A stretch of DNA of 64,000 nucleotides from an uncultured Acidobacteriota bacterium (GTDB lineage: Bacteria; Acidobacteriota; Thermoanaerobaculia; UBA5066; Gp7-AA6). The translations under genes and the position numbers were made by a program. The notes beneath the pieces are model-generated. The model was not told the origin of the DNA. It saw nothing but the letters and a program-made list of their open reading frames with translations, and ran no database searches. The DNA is taken from NCBI GenBank assembly GCA_963823185.1, contig CAWGKP010000013.1, forward strand, positions 135,386-199,385, written 5' to 3'. Positions 54,712 to 64,000 of the stretch are shown here, piece by piece; position 1 is the first letter of the stretch, and each line of letters begins with the position of its first letter.

Positions 54712-54739
54712 CCGGGGGAGACCCCGGACGTTTTTGTTT
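54712..54739 (+). terminator. hairpin + T-run following the internal tRNA 3' copy
   Basis: CCGGGG-GAGA-CCCCGG followed by ACGTTTTTGTTTC. Confidence 0.55.
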
Positions 54740-54812
54740 CTCCTGTCGCGCGCGGCGAAGAGGGTTGCCAGTTCGCGAAATCTATAGAGTTGGGCCAACA
54801 CGGAGGTCCGCG

Positions 54813-56696
54813 ATGCCCAGCGCGGTCGAGTTCCGTCACGGTCTGTTCGCCTCGTATCCCGACGTCTACACCTCGGCGGCGCGGTCGGCGCTCGCGGCTC
54901 TGGCGCCGCTCAATCGCGACCGCCGTCGGATCATGGCCGAGCGCATCGCGCGGCGGCGCGAGCGGGTCCTCCACGGCCGCGGTCTCGCTTTTTGCGAGCC
55001 CGACGCGATCATCCCGCGCACCGCCCTCCGCGTGCGCGATGCCCGAGAAGGACGCTTCACCGGCAGCGAGATCCCGGCCGACTTGCGGCGCCAGTGGATC
55101 CAGGGCACCGGGCCCGCCACCAGGCCGCGCGCCACAACCGAGAGCGGCCTGCGCAACGTCGCCTACGCCTTGCTCTCCGGCGCCGACGGGTGGATGTTCG
55201 ACGGAGAGGACGCATTGGGGCAAGTCGACACGATGTCGCTCGACAACCAGCGGAATCTCAAGCTGGCTTTCGACAGGGAACCGATCTTCCTGCGGATCGC
55301 CGAGGAGATCGCCGCGGAGACGAACTCCTGGGCGCGGGACTTCCTCGGGAGGCCGATGTTCGACGACTGGCGCAAGCAACTCGACTTCACTGCCAGGATC
55401 TTTCGTCCTCGCGGGCTGCACCTCGATGACCGCCACGTGCGCGAATCCGACGGAACCGGGTTTTCCGCGTCGATCGTCGACGTCGTGCTCTATGTCGTGA
55501 ACAACCGCGAGCGACTGCGGGCCGAGGGCCGGTCCATCGCCCTCTACCTTCCGAAGATCCAGACCGCCGAAGAGGCGGCGTTGTGGAACGACATGCTCGC
55601 GGCGCTCGAACGGCACCTCGGGCTCCCGGTCGGGGCGATCAAGGTCTACGTGCTCGTCGAGCAGATCGAGGCCTGTTTTCAGCTGATGGAAATCCGCGCC
55701 GCGCTCGGGACACACTTCGTCGGCTTCAACACCGGCCGATGGGACTACATCAACAGCGTCGCCGACGCTCTGACGTGGGACGCGACGTTCGTCAACCCCA
55801 ACATCGACGCGATCGGGATGACCTTTGGCTACATGCGCTGCTACGAAGACCGCGTCCGCCGGGCGGTGAACACCCCCGACCGGGAAGGCCGCTGCGCGCT
55901 GTGGCAGGGCGGGATGGAGGCCAACATCCCCGTGGGTTCGGGGGCGGGTGTCGCCACCGGCATGCAGCGGGCGGTCGCCGGCGGCGAGCGGGAGCAGCGC
56001 GAGGGGGCGAGCGGCAAGTGGGTGGCGCATTGGAAGATGGTGCAAATCATGCGGCCCGTGTGGGAGCGGGCCGGCGCCGACAATCAGGTCGGCCGCCCGT
56101 TCCCGCGCCTGAACTACACGCCGGAGGACGCCGACGGACTGACGCAGCTCGAGCCGGCGCCGCGAACGGTCCGCGGTGCCCGCGACCTCTTGAGCGTCGC
56201 CCTGCAGTACGGCAATGCCTTCGGCCGGGGTTTTCAGGCGGCCGCTTTGAAGCCCGCCGACTTCTTCGGCAACGACGACGTGCTCTACCTGATGGAGGAC
56301 ATGGCGACCGGGGAGATCCGCATGAGCATCCTCTGGGAGTGGCTGCACAAGAGCGCCCGGTTCACCGACGACGACCCGGAGACCGGCGTGCGGGCCGGCG
56401 ACGTCTTCACCGCCGCGCTGTTCGCCCGACTCCTCGACGAGGAGTACGCCAAGCTGCTGCGGGCGAGCAATCGCGACGTCCACGATGACTCGAAGGCGAC
56501 GACGCTGCCGATTGCCCGCGCCATTGTGGAGGCCTATGTCCATGAAGCCGTCAAGCCGCCGTGGTACATCGATCTGCTCAACCTCAACCTCAACAATCAC
56601 GACCTCGAGACGGCGAAGCAGCGCATCGTGAGCTTCCTCGACGCGTTCCGGCGAGACGGCACGCGCCTGACCGAGAACCCGGATTTCGAAAACTAG
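54813..56696 (+). CDS. aceB: malate synthase (A-type catalytic core, extended form)
   Basis: ATG at 54813, 6 nt after GGAGG. ...IALYLPKIQTAEEAALWNDMLAALERHLGLPVGAIKVYVLVEQIEACFQLMEIRAALGTHFVGFNTGRWDYINS matches the conserved malate synthase segment (YLPK...LWN...IK..VLIE...E...EL......LN.GRWDY). Confidence 0.88.
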   Translation: MPSAVEFRHGLFASYPDVYTSAARSALAALAPLNRDRRRIMAERIARRRERVLHGRGLAFCEPDAIIPRTALRVRDAREGRFTGSEIPADLRRQWIQGTGPATRPRATTESGLRNVAYALLSGADGWMFDGEDALGQVDTMSLDNQRNLKLAFDREPIFLRIAEEIAAETNSWARDFLGRPMFDDWRKQLDFTARIFRPRGLHLDDRHVRESDGTGFSASIVDVVLYVVNNRERLRAEGRSIALYLPKIQTAEEAALWNDMLAALERHLGLPVGAIKVYVLVEQIEACFQLMEIRAALGTHFVGFNTGRWDYINSVADALTWDATFVNPNIDAIGMTFGYMRCYEDRVRRAVNTPDREGRCALWQGGMEANIPVGSGAGVATGMQRAVAGGEREQREGASGKWVAHWKMVQIMRPVWERAGADNQVGRPFPRLNYTPEDADGLTQLEPAPRTVRGARDLLSVALQYGNAFGRGFQAAALKPADFFGNDDVLYLMEDMATGEIRMSILWEWLHKSARFTDDDPETGVRAGDVFTAALFARLLDEEYAKLLRASNRDVHDDSKATTLPIARAIVEAYVHEAVKPPWYIDLLNLNLNNHDLETAKQRIVSFLDAFRRDGTRLTENPDFEN

Positions 56697-56757
56697 TGTC
56701 GTAGACTCAATCGGCTGATCAGGACTTCTGTCACGCGACGGGAGCAGGAGCACCGAC

Positions 56758-59016
56758 ATGACTTCGTTCGAGCAGGAAGTCGCCGAGACCCAGAAGTGGT
56801 TCGAGAGTCCGCGGTTTGCGGGCACGAGGCGTCTGTACACGGCCCGCCAGGTCGTGGAGCAGCGTGGCACGATCGCGCACGACTACACCGTGGCGCGCGA
56901 GGCGGCGGCGGCGTTCCACGACCGCCTGCGCGAGTTGTTCGCCGAGAGAAAGAGCATCACGACGTTCGGTCCGTACTCGCCCGGCCAGGCGGTCGTCATC
57001 AAGCGCCTGGGGATTGAGGGCATCTACCTCGGCGGCTGGGCGACCTCGGCGAGGGGCTCGACGAGCGAGGACCCCGGGCCCGATCTGGCGAGCTACCCTT
57101 TGAGCCAGGTGCCCGACGAGGCCGCGGTGCTGGTGCGCGCCCTGCTCACCGCCGACCGCAACCAGCAGTATCTGCGCGCGCGCATGTCCGAGAAGCAGCG
57201 CAGCGCGACGCCGGCCGTCGACTACCGCCCGTTCATCATCGCCGACGCCGATACCGGCCATGGGGGCGATCCCCACGTGCGCAACCTCGTGCGTCGCTTC
57301 GTGGAAGCCGGCGTGCCGGGGTACCACATCGAGGACCAGCGCCCGGGCACCAAGAAGTGCGGCCACCAGGGCGGCAAGGTCCTCGTGGCGGAGGACGAGC
57401 AGATCAAGCGCTTGAACGCGGCACGCTTCCAACTCGACGTCATGAAGGTCCCCGGCATCATCGTCGCGCGCACCGACGCCGAGGCAGCGAACCTGCTCGA
57501 CGGCCGCGGCGACGAGCGCGACCAGCCATTCATTCTCGGCGCGACCAACGTGAATCTGCCCTCCTACAAGAGCGGCTATCTGGCGCTGATGAAGCGCTTC
57601 TACGATCTCGGGGTCCGCGAGCTCAATGGCCACCTGCTCTACGCGCTGTGCGACGAGGAGTACCGGGTCGCCGACAGCTGGCTCGAGCGCAAGGGGCTCG
57701 CCGCCATGGCCGCCGAGAACGCCGAGGCGTACAAGCGGGGCAAGCACCTGACGATCGAGGCCGCCTTCGACCCCGTCGCCACGCGCTTCCTCGAAGCGTG
57801 GGAGGAGGAGGCCGGCCTCGAGACCTACGGCGAGGCGGTGGCCGAGGTTCTCGAGTTTCGGGCCAGCGAGGGCGAGCCGCTCGAGATGAGCGCCGCGCAG
57901 TGGCGCCGCTTCGCCGAGCGTGCCTCGCTGTGGGCGGCCAAGGAGAAGGCCAGGTCGCTCGGCGTCCAGATCGTCTGGGATTGCGAGCACTCCAAGACCC
58001 CCGAGGGCTACTACCAGATCCGCGGCGGCATTCCCTACGCCATCGCCAAGTCGCTCGCCGCGGCGCCTTTTGCCGACCTCCTGTGGATGGAGACCAAGAC
58101 GGCGGACCTCGACGATGCCCGCCAGTTCGCCGATGCGATCCACGCCGTGTTCCCGGAGAAGATGCTGGCCTACAACCTGTCGCCGTCCTTCAACTGGGAC
58201 TCGACCGGAATGAGCGACGAGAAGATGCAGAGCTTCCCCGAGGAGCTCGGCAAGATGGGCTTCGTGTTCAACTTCGTCACTTACGGTGGTCACCAGATCG
58301 ACGGTGTGGCCGCCGAGGAGTTTGCCACCGCCCTCAAACAAGAGGGCCTGGTGGCCCTCGCCCGCCTGCAGCGCAAGATTCGCCTCGTCGAGTCCCCTTA
58401 CAAGACGCCGCAGACGCTCGTTGGAGGGCCGCGCGTCGACGCCGCCCTCCTGGCCTCCTCGGGGCGCACGGCCACCACCCAGGCAATGGGCAAGGGCTCG
58501 ACGCAGCACCAGCATCTCATCCAGACGGAGGTGCCCAAGAAGCTGCTCGAGGATTGGCTGGCGATGTGGGGCGAGCACTACGAGCTCAAGTACAAGCTCG
58601 CCGTGAAACTGCTGCCGCAGCGCGCCGGCTCAGAGCTGCTCGAGCTCAGGATCGGCGGCGACGGGAACGACAGGCTCGCCAACGTCGTCTTCGCTCCCAT
58701 CCAGGACCGTCGCGGCCGCAACATCCTCTCGGTGCGCGACCAGAACACCTTCGAGGAGTCGCTGCGCAAGAAGCGCCTGATCACGCTCGTTCATCTCTGG
58801 CTGGTGCACCGCTACAAGAGCGACTCGGTGCACTACGTCAGCCCCAGCGAGGACAACCAGTACCAGGCCGCGAAGATGAAATCGCACGGCCTCTTCTCCG
58901 ACGTGCAGACCGAGGTCGGGCAGATCATCGTGGCCCACGTCAACCCCGTCCGCATCGAGGAGCTGCTCGCGCCGGACCGAGTCGCGCTGTGGAAGCTCAT
59001 TCGGAAGGAGAGCTAG
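56758..59016 (+). CDS. aceA: isocitrate lyase, long (~750 aa, ICL2-like) form
   Basis: 752 aa. It has the signature KKCGH ([13 protein letters not shown]), [11 protein letters not shown] and YHIEDQ, plus a large internal insertion and a C-terminal extension typical of the long isoform. Confidence 0.92.
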   Translation: MTSFEQEVAETQKWFESPRFAGTRRLYTARQVVEQRGTIAHDYTVAREAAAAFHDRLRELFAERKSITTFGPYSPGQAVVIKRLGIEGIYLGGWATSARGSTSEDPGPDLASYPLSQVPDEAAVLVRALLTADRNQQYLRARMSEKQRSATPAVDYRPFIIADADTGHGGDPHVRNLVRRFVEAGVPGYHIEDQRPGTKKCGHQGGKVLVAEDEQIKRLNAARFQLDVMKVPGIIVARTDAEAANLLDGRGDERDQPFILGATNVNLPSYKSGYLALMKRFYDLGVRELNGHLLYALCDEEYRVADSWLERKGLAAMAAENAEAYKRGKHLTIEAAFDPVATRFLEAWEEEAGLETYGEAVAEVLEFRASEGEPLEMSAAQWRRFAERASLWAAKEKARSLGVQIVWDCEHSKTPEGYYQIRGGIPYAIAKSLAAAPFADLLWMETKTADLDDARQFADAIHAVFPEKMLAYNLSPSFNWDSTGMSDEKMQSFPEELGKMGFVFNFVTYGGHQIDGVAAEEFATALKQEGLVALARLQRKIRLVESPYKTPQTLVGGPRVDAALLASSGRTATTQAMGKGSTQHQHLIQTEVPKKLLEDWLAMWGEHYELKYKLAVKLLPQRAGSELLELRIGGDGNDRLANVVFAPIQDRRGRNILSVRDQNTFEESLRKKRLITLVHLWLVHRYKSDSVHYVSPSEDNQYQAAKMKSHGLFSDVQTEVGQIIVAHVNPVRIEELLAPDRVALWKLIRKES

Positions 59017-59070
59017 ATCCGGCCGGACCCAGGCCGTGATCCCTCACCCGGACGGTGACGTCATTGTGAG

Positions 59071-60096
59071 GTGGCGCCTCTGACCAACGAAGTGCCGGAA
59101 CTCGATCTCATCATCGTGGGTGCGGGACCCGCGGGCATCGCCATCGCCGCGGAGGCCAGAGCTGCGGGCGTTTCCCCGAAACGGGTCCTGGTGCTCGAGA
59201 AGACTCAGGAACATTCCTGGATCGTTCGCAAGTACTACCCGGCGAGCAAGCCTGTGCTTGCCAATTACAAGGGAATCGAGGCGAGATGCGAGGGGGTGCT
59301 TTGCATTCCCGACCTCACGCGCGAAGAGACCTTGAGTTACCTCGACCGCGCAATCCGCGATTCAGGGGCCCGCGTACGCTACCGCGAAGAAGTTCATCGA
59401 ATTGAGGCCGAGCCTGGTGGGCTGCTGCGTGTCGAGACGAACACAGGCGCCTGGCGGGCGCGCGTCGTCGTGATTGCAATCGGGATTCTTAGCCGCCCCA
59501 ACAAGCCGTCGTACCCCATCCCGCGTCAAGTGCAGCACCACGTCGTCTTCGATGTGACCAGCGAGGCGATCCGAGGCGGCGACGTCCTGGTGGTGGGCGG
59601 GGGCGACACGGCCATGGAGTACTGTCAGTTTCTCGCGCAGGAAGGCAACCGTGTCACGCTCTCCTACCGCGCCAAGGACTTGAAACGGCCCAATCCCATA
59701 AATCGCGACAGTGTGCTCGAGCTCGAGCGGCAGGGAAGGCTGCGCATTCTCCTCTCCTCCAATGTGGCCGGACTCGAGAGTGCCGGAACCAGAGTCCGGG
59801 TCCGCTTCCAGGAATCCGACCTCGATCCTCTCGACGTGGATCGGATCGTCTATGCCATCGGTGGAACGACACCGGAGAACTTTCTCAAGTCTGCAGGCAT
59901 CGCGTTCGATGGCCCGCAACCGATCCTGACCGATTCCTTTGCGACGAGCGTTCCCGGTCTCTTTCTCGCAGGCGACCTGACGGCCGGCAGGAAAGGCGGG
60001 TCGATCATCCTCGCATTCAACACCGCAGCAGCGGCTATACGTCAGATCTGCGAGGACCATGGCATCTGCGCCATTGATCGCCTCTCCGAGGAGTAG
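59071..60096 (+). CDS. NAD(P)/FAD-dependent pyridine-nucleotide-disulfide-oxidoreductase-family protein (thioredoxin-reductase-like, no CxxC seen)
   Basis: 341 aa with a GTG start. The FAD motif is LIIVGAGPAGIAIAAEA, the second Rossmann motif is VLVVGGGDTAMEYC, and the C-terminal motif is GLFLAGD. Confidence 0.75.
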   Translation: MAPLTNEVPELDLIIVGAGPAGIAIAAEARAAGVSPKRVLVLEKTQEHSWIVRKYYPASKPVLANYKGIEARCEGVLCIPDLTREETLSYLDRAIRDSGARVRYREEVHRIEAEPGGLLRVETNTGAWRARVVVIAIGILSRPNKPSYPIPRQVQHHVVFDVTSEAIRGGDVLVVGGGDTAMEYCQFLAQEGNRVTLSYRAKDLKRPNPINRDSVLELERQGRLRILLSSNVAGLESAGTRVRVRFQESDLDPLDVDRIVYAIGGTTPENFLKSAGIAFDGPQPILTDSFATSVPGLFLAGDLTAGRKGGSIILAFNTAAAAIRQICEDHGICAIDRLSEE

Positions 60097-60392
60097 AGCC
60101 GCCCGAAACGCCTCACGCGTCGTCGCGGAACTTTCTCCGAGCGATACGGACCACTGCGCACACCGCGACGAGCAGGAACGGCAAAACGAGTGCGAGCGTC
60201 GCGTCCAGGTCGAAGTCGAGCCCCCGGCTCTGGATTCCTCTGAGGCGGGACGGGCAAGGATCTACGCGGCTTTGGGGACGAGGAAGGGGAGTCGGTGCTC
60301 GGGGTCGAGGAACCGGATCTGGGAGGGTGAGGCGCGTGGTCCCTGCCCCGGTTTGCCGCGGGACGGCTTTACGGCGGCGAGGTGGGCCGGCG

Positions 60393-60500
60393 TCAGCGCG
60401 AATAGACCTCAGCAGGCGTGGCGCCGCCGAGGGCCTTGTGAGGGCGCAGGTAGGCGCAATAGAGCAGACCAAGCTGGAGTCGCCGCCGAAGGTCGCCAAC
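60393..60500 (-). pseudogene. remnant of a DDE (rve/integrase-core) transposase, C-terminal ~35 codons only
   Basis: ...DLRRRLQLGLLYCAYLRPHKALGGATPAEVYSR* matches the conserved tail of IS3/IS481-type transposases (YN..RPH.ALGG.TPAEVY). The upstream part of ORF 60393..60809 is unrelated Arg-rich sequence. Confidence 0.5.
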
Positions 60501-60589
60501 GACGGGGGGCCTGAGAGAGTCTACAGGCCCCGCCGAGGACGCTCGCCTCACGTCGTCGCTCCCGCTTCGGAACATTTTTCCGAGCCGCC

Positions 60590-61781
60590 TCAGGAAACCG
60601 GGATCCGCTTTTCCGGGTCCACGAACGGCATGGGCACGACGGTTCCCGTCCGCGGCCCCGATTCGCTTTGGACCCGGACCTTCGAGCCCGCGGCGGCAAG
60701 CTCGACGGGGACCCAGCAGAACCCGATGTTCTTCTTGAGGCGGGGCGAGTAGATGGCCGAAGTGACCTTTCCGATCGCCTCGCCGCCGTAGGTCCGGAAG
60801 GCCGGCCACTTGACGTTGTTGAGCTCCTTCAACGGATCGCCATCGAGCTCAACGCCTACCAGCCGCCGCTTGACCCCTTGAGCATTGATGCGCTTCAAGG
60901 CCGCGATCGAAAGGCAGGCGTCGTCGAGCAGGCCGAAGTCTACGAGCCGCTCGAGGCCCAGCTCGAGCGCGTTGTTTTCGTAGGTCATGTCGGCTCCCCA
61001 ATTGAGGATGCCTCCCTCGACCCGCCGGATGTCCGAGGGCCCGGTGGGCTTGACCCCGTACGGCTTGCCCGCGTCCATCAGGGCCTCCCAGATCTCGGTG
61101 CCCTTAGCTCGGGTCGAGCAGGTAGACCTCGTAACCGACCTCGCTCGTCCAGCCCGTCCGGGTGATGATCACCGGCACGCCGCGGATCTCCGCGCGCGTC
61201 CACCAGTAATACTTCAGGTCGAGGATCGCGGGACCGACGAGATCGCGCATGAGGGGCTTCGACTTGGGGCCCTGGACCTGCAGCGGCGCCACGTCCCGCT
61301 CCCGCAGCGTGACCTGGAGCTTCGGGTAGGCGTTCTTCAGGCCGCGGGCGAAGAGCAGGACGTCCGAGGACGCCAGCGCGAACCAGAACGTGTTCTCCTC
61401 CATGCGTGTCATGACCGGATCGTTGATGACGCCGCCGTCGGAGTCGCAGATCAGGACGTACTTGCCCTGTCCGACCGCGCACTTGGACAGGTTGCGCGGA
61501 GTCAGCAGCTGAGCGAAGCGGAAGCCGTCCGGGCCGCTGACTTCGATGCAGCGCTCGACGGCGACGTCCCAGATCGTGACGCCGTTTAACAGGGCGTCGA
61601 ACTCCGCCTCGAAGGTATCGAACCGGATCGGGAAGTACATGTGGTTGTAGACGGTGAAACCCTTGGGGGAGTAGCGCTGGGTGGCGTCGTAATACGGGGT
61701 GCGGCGGTTGCGGGCGCCGCGCTGGACCAGACTCATGTCGAAAGGGGGCACTCTGACCTCCTTGTCGCTTTCGCCACCCAT
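60590..61781 (-). CDS. GcvT-family aminomethyltransferase-like protein (one frameshift)
   Basis: ORFs 61104..61781 and 60590..61078 join after removing one G of GGG at 61111-61113 (...GWTSEVGYEVYLLDRAKGTEIWEALMDAGKPYGVKPTGPSDIRRVEGG...). This is a typical folate-binding GcvT fold sequence with the C-terminal barrel ...IGKVTSAIYSPRLKKNIGFCWV. Confidence 0.8.
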
Positions 61782-61901
61782 CGGGGCAGCCGCGTACCGA
61801 TTCTAGTGAAGGGCCGTCCTTCCCAGAAGAGACAAACGTGACCGATCGTCGAGAAACGACGGCTACGAGCCGACCGGCGTGGCAGTTTTCCTCTTCGGGT
61901 T

Positions 61902-62084
61902 TTAGAACGGGGTCTTGACGACCGTCGCCGGCACCCGGTGCCGCACGGCCTCGACCGTCAACTCCATTTCGACCTTCGAGCCGAGAGCGGTGTGCTCCCG
62001 GGCGAGGGTCGCGAGCGCGATCATCTTCTTCAGCGTCGGCGACCAGGTCGTGGAGCCGAGACGGGTGCCGGCAGAAAGTGTCAA
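61902..62084 (-). pseudogene. C-terminal fragment of a second GcvT-family gene
   Basis: ...GTRLGSTTWSPTLKKMIALATLAREHTALGSKVEMELTVEAVRHRVPATVVKTPF* corresponds only to the last ~60 aa (C-terminal barrel) of the family. No N-terminal part lies upstream. Confidence 0.55.
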
Positions 62085-62581
62085 GGACTTCGAGGGGAAT
62101 TCTATTCGCAGCCCGGTCCTCGGTAGCGGTGGTCACTCCAGATCATGTTCGGACCGAGGGTCGGCAATCGCCTTAGCGCGTCGGAAGCAGTGCGGAAGTT
62201 CGATTCCGTCTGCCGCTCGTTGTTGTGTTCACGACGCATGTGACCGGAAGGGCACGAACCGACCGAACCCGTTGACTCTGGCATCAAGTTTCATAATTCA
62301 CGCACAGGAGGAGATTCTAATGAATCGAAACCACTTCATGGCAAACGCCGTTCTTTAGGCTGCCGCAATCGTTGCATCAGCAGCAGTCGGGCGCGCCTTC
62401 AGTCCTGTCTACCATCCTGTTGCCGGCGTTGGCGGTCTGCTCTATCCTGTTAACGCGACCCAAGTCCAGAACTACCGAACGCCAGACATAGAGCGTTCGA
62501 AGCCGCCCAGCTTTCGGAGCGAGCCGTGAATCGCGTGGTAGCGGACGCGACCTAACCCGCGGCTGCGATGAAGGAGAAGAC

Positions 62582-62812
62582 ATGAGCGGGAAGAAAATTG
62601 TCTTGGCCACGGGGACGGGTGAGTCGCCCTTGCCGTTCGCGGTCTGGGTGGACGGCAAGAAGAAAAAGGACTTCATCAATAGGGAGGAAGTCGCGACCTA
62701 TCTCACCAAGGAGCAGGGCATTTCGCCTGAGTTCGCCCGTCAAAAGACCGGAGAGATGAAGCCGGGGCACAAGGTCGTTATCGACGCCGACGGGAAGGGC
62801 TCGAAGCCCTAG
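62582..62812 (+). CDS. small hypothetical protein
   Basis: 76 aa. SD AAGGAG (62571-62576) lies 5 nt before the ATG. Lys-rich, with G+C that looks lower than in the flanks. Confidence 0.5.
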   Translation: MSGKKIVLATGTGESPLPFAVWVDGKKKKDFINREEVATYLTKEQGISPEFARQKTGEMKPGHKVVIDADGKGSKP

Positions 62813-63038
62813 ATCTTCGAGCAAAGGTGGTTTCCCAGTGCTGCACCTCGCAATTGTCGCCTCAAGATCTCCCGCTCCGACACTCCTAAGGCGGCTCTGA
62901 CGTGCCGTCCTCTCGCCTCTTGGTCGGGCGAAAGTCGGGCGATCTGGCGGCTACAGGAGGCGAAAATCGACGACTCGAATGCCTGATCGAGTCGCGTTTT
63001 GTAGCTCCCTTTCTACTTGAGGCGACTCTTAGAGTGTT

Positions 63039-63085
63039 CTCATAACCCAAAGGTCGAAGGTTCAAATCCTTCCCCCGCAACCAAG
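63039..63085 (+). repeat. 47-bp direct repeat, copy 2 (orphan 3' half of tRNA-fMet; attR-like)
   Basis: Identical to 53018-53064. The sequence 5' of it (…GAGGCGACTCTTAGAGTGTT) does not continue the tRNA. Confidence 0.9.
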
Positions 63086-63093
63086 ATTCTGTG

Positions 63094-63128
63094 ACGCCGG
63101 GAGGCAGCTCCCGGCGTTTCTGTTTTTC
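63094..63128 (+). terminator. intrinsic terminator after the orphan tRNA 3' half (probably the original tRNA-fMet terminator)
   Basis: ACGCCGGGAG-GCAG-CTCCCGGCGT forms a 10-bp perfect stem, followed by TTCTGTTTTTC. Confidence 0.65.
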
Positions 63129-63143
63129 GGCGGCCGCGCGGCC

Positions 63144-63830
63144 CTACGCCGTCGCCGCCTTTTCGATGAGGGCGGCGACCGGGGCCGGCTGCGAGACGTA
63201 GATCGCGTGGCTTCCTCCGACCTCGACGACCGTTGCGCCCGCGCGCTTCGACATCAGGCGCTGTGCCGCGATAGGGATCATCTGGTCGTCGGTCACGAGC
63301 AAGTACCAGCTCGGCTTCGCCTTCCATGCCGGCTTGGTGATGGCGCCGCTGAGCGCCTCGACGCCCCATGGGACCTGCGAGTCGGCCATGAAGGCCGCCT
63401 TCTCCTTCTCCACGTCCGCCGCGAACGACGCCGGGAACTTCGCTCTGTCGAGGAACAGGAAGCCATCCTGAGGTGGCAGGATCGGCGGCACGGGCGCCCC
63501 CGGCGGAGGATCCTTGATCAGGCTGGCGACCGATTCGCCCTGGTCCGGAGCAAACGCGGTGATGTAGACGAGCCCGACGACTTTCGGGTCGTTGCCCGCT
63601 TCGGTGATGACCGCGCCGCCGTAGGAGTGCCCGACGAGAATCACAGGCTTGGTCTGGTTGGCGATCACCGCGCGGGTCGTGGCGACATCGTCGGCCAGTG
63701 ACTTCGTCGCGTTCTGGACCACGGCGACCTCGTAGCCTTTCTTCCGCAGGATTCCGTAGACGCCCTCCCAACCCGAGCCGTCGACGAATCCGCCGTGGAC
63801 GAGAACCACGGCCTTGGGTGCTCCAGCCAT
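63144..63830 (-). CDS. alpha/beta hydrolase
   Basis: 228 aa. VVLVHGGFVDGSGW, the nucleophile elbow VGHSYGG and the C-terminal GGSHAIYVSQP. Confidence 0.85.
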   Translation of the reverse strand: MAGAPKAVVLVHGGFVDGSGWEGVYGILRKKGYEVAVVQNATKSLADDVATTRAVIANQTKPVILVGHSYGGAVITEAGNDPKVVGLVYITAFAPDQGESVASLIKDPPPGAPVPPILPPQDGFLFLDRAKFPASFAADVEKEKAAFMADSQVPWGVEALSGAITKPAWKAKPSWYLLVTDDQMIPIAAQRLMSKRAGATVVEVGGSHAIYVSQPAPVAALIEKAATA

Positions 63831-64000
63831 AGCAGGTACCTCCCGCGGAAGATCCTAGTACGCGGACTCCGCCCGGCAGCGACTCGCTGCTTTCTCGCGA
63901 ATGGCCGCGAGAATTCTTGCGGGCGGCCAGATCCGCACCAATCGATGCAGTGACTTAAGGCTGGCCCTTCCTTTGCTCCTCCGGCGATCCGTAAACGAAA

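Larger units (their letters stand above)
53065..63085 (+). mobile_element. composite tRNA-fMet-associated genomic island (two modules, no integrase; probably immobilised)
   Basis: It is bounded by the perfect 47-bp direct repeat, with an internal degenerate tRNA 3' copy at 54676-54700. Each copy has its own hairpin/T-run terminator. G+C looks lower and heterogeneous. A transposase remnant and gene fragments lie at the distal end. Confidence 0.55.

Noticed and set aside
54591-58578. Long minus-strand ORFs 54591..56870 (759 aa) and 56731..58578 (615 aa).
   Set aside because: They are antisense shadows of malate synthase and isocitrate lyase. The same reasoning applies to 25361..26962, 26925..28820, 40105..41856, 45588..46739, 11657..12610, 9304..10800, 46..1164 and other overlapping Arg-rich ORFs in the track.
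60113-60499. The minus-strand ORF ending ...LALVLPFLLVAVCAVVRIARRKFRDDA, which resembles a C-terminal membrane anchor like the partial CDS at 1-98.
   Set aside because: The rest of the ORF is Pro/Arg-rich junk overlapping the transposase remnant. There is no sorting motif or upstream domain, so it is probably fortuitous.
62198-62207. A GTTCGATTCC T-loop-like decamer suggesting another tRNA or tRNA fragment.
   Set aside because: The flanking bases cannot form a T-stem (GGAAG versus CCGTC), and no acceptor or anticodon arms are present.

Overview
This window comes from a very GC-rich bacterial chromosome. I judged G+C at roughly 70% by eye and did not compute it. The gene content includes a fused E1 alpha/beta 2-oxoacid dehydrogenase, an NfnAB-like pair, a CRTAC1/ASPIC protein, a giant Ser/Thr kinase and a PT-linker surface protein. 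That mix fits an Acidobacteriota-like environmental organism, but this is inference only.

About 60 protein genes are supported:
- Housekeeping blocks: nadA; pyrK-pyrD-pyrF; serS; a phosphohexomutase; eno-ftsB.
- Several redox enzymes.
- An exopolysaccharide locus with three GT2 genes, one GT4, a priming sugar transferase and an embedded MltF-like transglycosylase.
- A secreted surface protein of about 1480 codons, with a 159-bp PT-rich tandem array and an SLH-like C-terminus.
- A Ser/Thr kinase-ATPase-TPR protein of about 1890 codons that ends in two solute-binding-protein domains.

RNA genes are tRNA-Ser(UGA), tRNA-Ser(GCU) and the initiator tRNA-fMet(CAU).

The most noteworthy observations are:
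1. A composite island of about 10 kb sits at tRNA-fMet. It is bounded by a perfect 47-bp direct repeat of the tRNA 3' half, with a third degenerate copy inside. It carries glgC and a glyoxylate-shunt pair (aceB, long aceA) but no integrase.
2. A 150/151-bp tandem array repeats the promoter plus the first 21 nt of tRNA-Ser(GCU), fused to a ~100-nt double-hairpin segment.
3. A diverged ~200-bp duplication covers an intergenic heptad-repeat hairpin and the 3' ends of both convergent flanking genes.
4. Ten gene-breaking +1 insertions all fall in G/C runs. They look like systematic consensus errors, so the ORF track has to be read frameshift-aware.

Many very long ORFs in the track are antisense or out-of-frame shadows typical of GC-rich DNA, and I did not call them.
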